A stretch of 63,786 nucleotides of DNA, the filler included, from Craspedostauros australis (Eukaryota), in the NCBI GenBank assembly GCA_030167865.1. It is 5 parts of 5 records of this genome, joined end to end, with 100 filler letters (N's around TTAATTAATTAA, not from the genome) between each part and the next. Parts side by side here need not be neighbours in the genome. Positions count along the whole stretch, not along the records: positions 57,109 to 62,480 come from JALAGF010001346.1; positions 62,581 to 63,786 come from JALAGF010001353.1; 3 more parts are not named here. One strand, written 5' to 3'. Under the pieces are notes generated by a model that made no database searches, was not told the origin of the DNA, and saw only the letters and a list, made by a program, of their open reading frames with translations. Position 1 is the stretch's first letter, and the number at the start of each line of letters is the position of its first letter. Below, one piece after another: positions 58,750 through 63,786 of this stretch. The translations under genes were made by a program, and so were the position numbers.

Positions 58750-61019
58750 CACCTGATCGACATGGTGTAAGCATGGCGATGTACACCGCTCTGTATCTCT
58801 GCTCTTGCTCTTGCTCTTGTGATGAGCGACTGTCTCTGCCAAGAGTGTCTTCCAGCCTTGCTCTTCACTCGTATAGTCGTCATGGCCACTATCTCTTCCT
58901 CTCTGCTCTTCCTCCCATCCATCCATCCATCCATCACATCACATCATGTATCTGTTGTTCTCTTCTGCCACCACCACCAACAACAACAATGTGGGGAAAA
59001 TACATGCTGACAACCTTCGCCGTGTTTCGCTGGATCTTTTGTTTCGGCGACCTGAAGGACTATGATACTTCTTCAACATCAATCGTGTCAAACAGCGCGC
59101 CAAAACCGAAGACAACAGCTTCGTTGTTGTGGCTGTGATCACGTGGACACACTACAACGAAGACGTGGTTACGCATGATGTTGGTGGGGGGAGGAGACCG
59201 TTTGGGTGCTCTCCTTGCACCCACACCATGCTTTGACATCAAGAGGGTCAGAGGCTTCAAGTCATCAAGGACATGCGCACAGCAAGAGAGACAGCTCGCA
59301 TGTGCAAATCTACAACCCTCATCAGCAAAGAGAGGATCACCAATTGGAAATGAAGCCAACATGGCTTCATGGATGCTACACAAGATAGTTGCCACCTCCA
59401 CAAGCGCCATCATTGGTGATGGCTTTGGTGTTGGTCATGATGCTACTGCTACTGGTCCTGCTTCAAACAATTATCGTTTCCTCAACAGCGCAACGTTATT
59501 GGATTGCACGGTCAGCATAACTTACTGTGTAAGCCTCCCAGGCATCGCAACCACATCTCCTTTGGACTCATCTGACTGCGGATATCGACATGCGACCAAC
59601 AAAGCAAGAGCAAGCCTATCTCCAATAGGGTGCCAAAAGACTCCGCAACTTGTCAAAGCCTCACAGCCGACCAACCACACATCATCAACCAGATGAGCCT
59701 CATGGACCATGGTATCAAGATGACCACCAAGCAGGCCACCGAGTCACTCCAATCAAACTTCATCTGCTAGCATTCCATCCAGCAGGTCGAGGAGCTTGAA
59801 GTATCCCTCCATGATGTCAGTGTCCATGTCTTCTCTGGCTTGAGCGGATCAGTCTTCTTTTGCATTGTGTGCACAGATGGCTTGCACAAGGAGGAACAGA
59901 AAACGAACCAGGCATGCACATACAAACACACATCAACAGGGTACATGGATAGCTGTAACATACATGCACAAACAGACCTTTCACCACCAAGACAATGACC
60001 CTGAATGCCGAATGGGGGGAGGACTGAAAGGAGAGCAACTTCAAGGCTGGCATTGAAAAGCCTGCTCAAGAAGGGAGCTGAGGAGCACCTCGAGGACAAC
60101 ATCTCTGAACCCATGGCCAATGTTGAGAAGACCAGCACCGCTGGGAACTGAGCAGAACACCAACTACTGACACAAAACCATTGGATATGATGCTGTATGG
60201 TATGTTCTGACATGACTCCATTGCGCCATTAGCACTGATGGCCATGGCACACACACATCATACATGTACAGCATTCACATACAACTATTACTACAGCCAC
60301 AAATCAAACACACACAAGAACAACAACCAACCAACCAACCAACATAACCATACACACATTGATGTCTGCATGGCACAACAGCTCGTATGGACAGCAAAGA
60401 AGACACAAGAGATCTCTCCTTTCACTCGCTACCAGCATTGAACCAGCAGTGTAGTACATGTAGGGCCGAGACTCTGAGACCCCCTTCAACTCACAATACA
60501 TCAATGGACATAGAATGAAGCCCGTAGATTTGCACACATCACCAATTGCCCGTCCCCCAATGCAAACGCTCTCTGCACGCACACAGATACATAGAGTACT
60601 CATGCGGATGTACTCGTGCTCCACTGAGCACGAATATAGTGCACATGCATGATAGTCTTCACGACACAAGCAACCAGAACAGCATTCCCGCAGTAGCTTT
60701 GTTGGGTGCTGCCACATTGCCTGCAGCATACGAATATGCATACTCATAGAGAGGTACTCTGTGTAGTGCTGCAGACTTGTGGCATTGTTGTGCATGGTAC
60801 AGATAGATCCTGTCCAAGTCCAAACACACGCCGCGATCCCATTTCTCATGCACCATACCTTGTGCATACATGTACACGTGCGAGCGATGGGACATCACTT
60901 GCTTGGCTCTCCACACTTTGTTTCCGTAGTTCATGTCCGAGTACAGACGCTTCACATGATTGGCCCAATGCCACAGCCTGAGGCATGCGGCTCCATCTTC
61001 GTCCCGTGCTCTAGCTAGT

Positions 61020-61945
61020 CCAACGCGTCCAACGCGTCCAACGCATTCGCTCGCAGCATCTCCGCCTGTTCCTGTTCCACCGCCAGCTTCATGATGTTCT
61101 GCTTCATCTACACCATCAGTTCGTGATTGTTGCCATTGTGGAGAGCGACCACGGCCGATAGCTCCTCGTTCTGGGACCGCAGTTGCTCCAATTCGGTAGC
61201 CAGCATGTAGGTACCACACAGACTGCTGTCCTTCTTTCCAATCTCCTGCTCGGCTCCTCCCAATTTCTGCTCCATACTCGCCATCTGTGATTGCAGCAGA
61301 GCTTCGTCTGATCGTTTCTCTCAGAGATGGCGCGGTGTGCGACAGGCAACTCATGACGCATGCCGCACTGTTTTGTGCCAGATTTGGACTCGGCGATCAC
61401 TTGCTGATGCTTCGGATCGAGAATCTCGCTCCCCACTGCTCGCTCTCGGAGTCGATGTCCATCTGAAGGTCGAACAGCGAGGATTCAGTCTCAGACAGCT
61501 TGAGCTTCGCCACTTCCAGGCCATTCCGTGATGATGCACTGATGATTCGCAGAGGAACTCGAGCTTGCAGATCCTTCCTCTCCCATCTAGGCAGCAGATG
61601 TCATGTCATGCCATTAATCGTTTCCGCACCAGCTTGCGATCTTTGCATGACGTTGCTGAGCTGGGCTTGCAGATTCCAGATGGCCGCATCCAACTGCTCC
61701 AGCGCAGCCTGCTGATCTGCCAAGCTGCGTTCCAGAAATCCAACGTGGTTCTTCAAGTCGCTGGTCAGACCCATCTGCGTGTTCTGGCTCTGATTCTGGA
61801 GATAGGCCACGGCCTGGTCGAGCTGTCACAACACCACTGCGAACCGATTCTCAAGAGCCTGGCGTTCTCCAGCCAGCCTCTGCATCTTGGCGACACCATC
61901 TGAGTCTCACTTGCGACCTTGCTTTCTTTGAGGTTGGCAAGGTCA
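61020..61945 (-). pseudogene. Decayed coiled-coil protein gene
   Basis: Heptad-like peptides (LANLKESK / KMQRLAGERQALENR / QLDQAVAYLQNQ...LERSLADQQAALEQLDAA / KLKLSETESSLFDLQMD) are split among frames and by stops. Boundaries approximate. Confidence 0.5.
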
Positions 61946-61948
61946 CAT

Positions 61949-62166
61949 TGTATTAGCTCAAACTAGTATTCCTATTAGTCGTGTTAAGATTTAGTCGAGT
62001 TAATCAAATGACCGACTGCTCAGAGTTTGAGCGGGAATGAAGCGTGACTCGATGTCGGTGGGATGGGGTCCCACCCTCGAATCGTGTCCTACTTAAGACG
62101 ATGTCGCGTGTCCGCTGAATTTGGGTTGGGCGATCGGGCCATCCCACGCCACTTATGGGCGTGACA
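61949..62166 (-). mobile_element. Possible solo LTR (218 bp, TG...CA)
   Basis: Minus strand starts TGTCACGCCC and ends GCTAATACA, abutting the coiled-coil remnant; no exact TSD. Confidence 0.35.
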
Positions 62167-62480
62167 TGATCTGTCCAGAACGGACAATCGGGTCAAACCG
62201 TTGGATGAACCTTGTTCCCCCAAATTGATCGGAAGAGAGTGAACAACAAACTCTCTCTCCGACCGTCACGAAATTGATGTCTCCTCTTGGAAATGGCAAC
62301 ATCGACACCGCGATAATTGCACGTACGGAGACTCAACGCTCCACTATGTTACTACTAATAGAGATGTTGCAGATCCAACTATAATGGATGCTGCATATCA
62401 CATGCTCACAATCCTTTTGAAAGTCTCATTTGGATTCGTTACAGCTTTAAAGACTAAGAAACACACTCACACACAAACTC

Positions 62481-62580
62481 NNNNNNNNNNNNNNNNNNNN
62501 NNNNNNNNNNNNNNNNNNNNNNNNTTAATTAATTAANNNNNNNNNNNNNNNNNNNNNNNNNNNNNNNNNNNNNNNNNNNN
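62481..62580. other. Artificial scaffold spacer
   Basis: N44-TTAATTAATTAA-N44. Confidence 0.97.
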
Positions 62581-62982
62581 ATCTGTGACTGTCCCCCATG
62601 CATCTCTATCGCTCGCGCGCTCGATTGTGCGAATGTTCGTCGTGCCTCCACGGCCATCCGCGTTATCCCGGTTTATCTGTGGTGTGAACAACATCCGGTT
62701 CGCCTGTGGCGTGGACAGCATCCAGCTCGCCTGCGGCGTGAACATCATGCTGTTCACTGCCAACATAACGAAAAGGAGCGCTGTAGACAACCATAGAATG
62801 CGTCCTCGTCGCTTTCCATGGGTGCGGCCATTGAAGGATGCAACGAGCGCTGCGGATTGTGGATTTGATGCTACGTCGCCCAGCGCAGTGCTGGATTTGC
62901 TGTTCTGCTGCTTTCTGCACATCTTCCTGGTCGTATCGCTGCGACAGGGTGTGGGCTTGTCGTCATCTGCAAAGTCCGTCAT
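62581..62982 (-). CDS. 5' part of a type II membrane protein (basic patch, TM, repeat stem), truncated by the gap
   Basis: KRRGRILWLSTALLFVMLAVNSM, then three 9-aa repeats; frame open to the gap. Confidence 0.5.
62668..62748 (-). repeat. 27-bp coding tandem repeat x3 (MMFTPQASW / MLSTPQANR / MLFTPQINR)
   Basis: Plus strand: ccggtttatctgtggtgtgaacaacat / ccggttcgcctgtggcgtggacagcat / ccagctcgcctgcggcgtgaacatcat. Confidence 0.85.
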
Positions 62983-63458
62983 GTCTGACAGAAGTGGCTG
63001 CTATTATGGTTGCTGATGATGATCCATCGTGTTGGTGGTGTTGGTCCTCCCTTCTTCTTGCACAAACGATGGCACAGTTTAGCAAGTATCTCGACAGACA
63101 GGCGGGGCAAAGTGGTGTTGATGACAGCAGAGGAGTAGACACGGAGCTGCCTGTTGGTGCCGACTGCCACAGGAACGAAACGCTTCCGTTGCGTTTGGAT
63201 GATTTGAAAATAGATGTGCGCGATGGTCGAGACGTGCCTGGTCCGCGGAGACGACGCAACAGAGCAAAAAGTGTTGGCATACCCATGGGCCTGACGAAGG
63301 ACAGACGGTCCACAAGGCCCTCACACAGGAGGAGACACAGAACCATCCGTCTCCTGTCCTCATAAGACCCGGTTACTCTAGGAAGCGTGCATCTGAGCCG
63401 TAATGACTTTTATGACCTATCTGAAACTTTGCACACAGATAGACCTATAGGTGGAGGG

Positions 63459-63501
63459 NNNNNNNNNNNNNNNNNNNNNNNNNNNNNNNNNNNNNNNNNN
63501 N
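63459..63501. other. Assembly gap (43 N, no linker)
   Basis: Plain N run. Confidence 0.95.
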
Positions 63502-63786
63502 AGTTATAAGCATCTAGGCTAACCTCTACACGCCGGCCGCGCCACAAGATACCCTCGCAGTGGCCCGTGTTAAAACTTTTTAGCCTTTCCTCCGACATCG
63601 CCCGTCAAGCCAAGGATGTTGTGAGTTTAGACAACAACATGTGTCCAAACCTGGATGGCTTGGCTTTTGGACGTCGTACACATGGTCGGAAGACAGTCTC
63701 AGTCGACGTTCTCCAGACGCTATCCACACACATCTTTCGAGATTCTCGTACCGCGGATAGACGTGGAATTGCCTTCTTCAATTTCC

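Noticed and set aside
1..63786. CRISPR array, operon or prokaryotic defence system
   Set aside because: No repeat-spacer array or cas/operon-like genes; spliceosomal introns show eukaryotic DNA.

Overview
Eukaryotic, gene-dense nuclear DNA, almost certainly from a diatom: GT-AG introns, an Lhcx-type light-harvesting gene with a bipartite plastid-targeting peptide, and a diatom-style cyclase-phosphodiesterase fusion. It is a scaffold with five N-gaps. Four are artificial 100-bp spacers (N44-TTAATTAATTAA-N44), so adjacency across them is not trustworthy. Bases 1-55130 hold about 21 apparently intact protein genes plus tRNA-Ser(GCT). They include a 2-TM nucleotidyl cyclase-PDE fusion, PIG-S, a coiled-coil/Zn-finger protein, a Cys-rich micro-protein, a single-pass protein with an RxxS-motif array and CS domain, a THH1/TOM1-like protein, Cgr1, a TM RING-H2 ligase and a cathepsin D-like protease. 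They also include a tandem DUF1330-like protein, a kinase, a two-exon candidate ATP synthase subunit i/j, a GH27 alpha-galactosidase, Lhcx, SRP72, eIF2D, an effector-less COG3899-like STAND ATPase, a GT8-like transferase and a repeat-domain protein cut by a gap. I reconstructed six introns confidently by eye and one tentatively. From about 57 kb to 62.5 kb the sequence is CpG-poor and contains decayed genes (a trypsin pseudogene and a coiled-coil remnant) plus a possible solo LTR. I see no operon-like or prokaryotic-type system. The best novelty candidates are individual architectures: the membrane-anchored CS-domain protein, the hidden ATP synthase subunit, the Trp-less Lhcx, the effector-less STAND and the cyclase-PDE. 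All family calls come from motif recognition without database searches.
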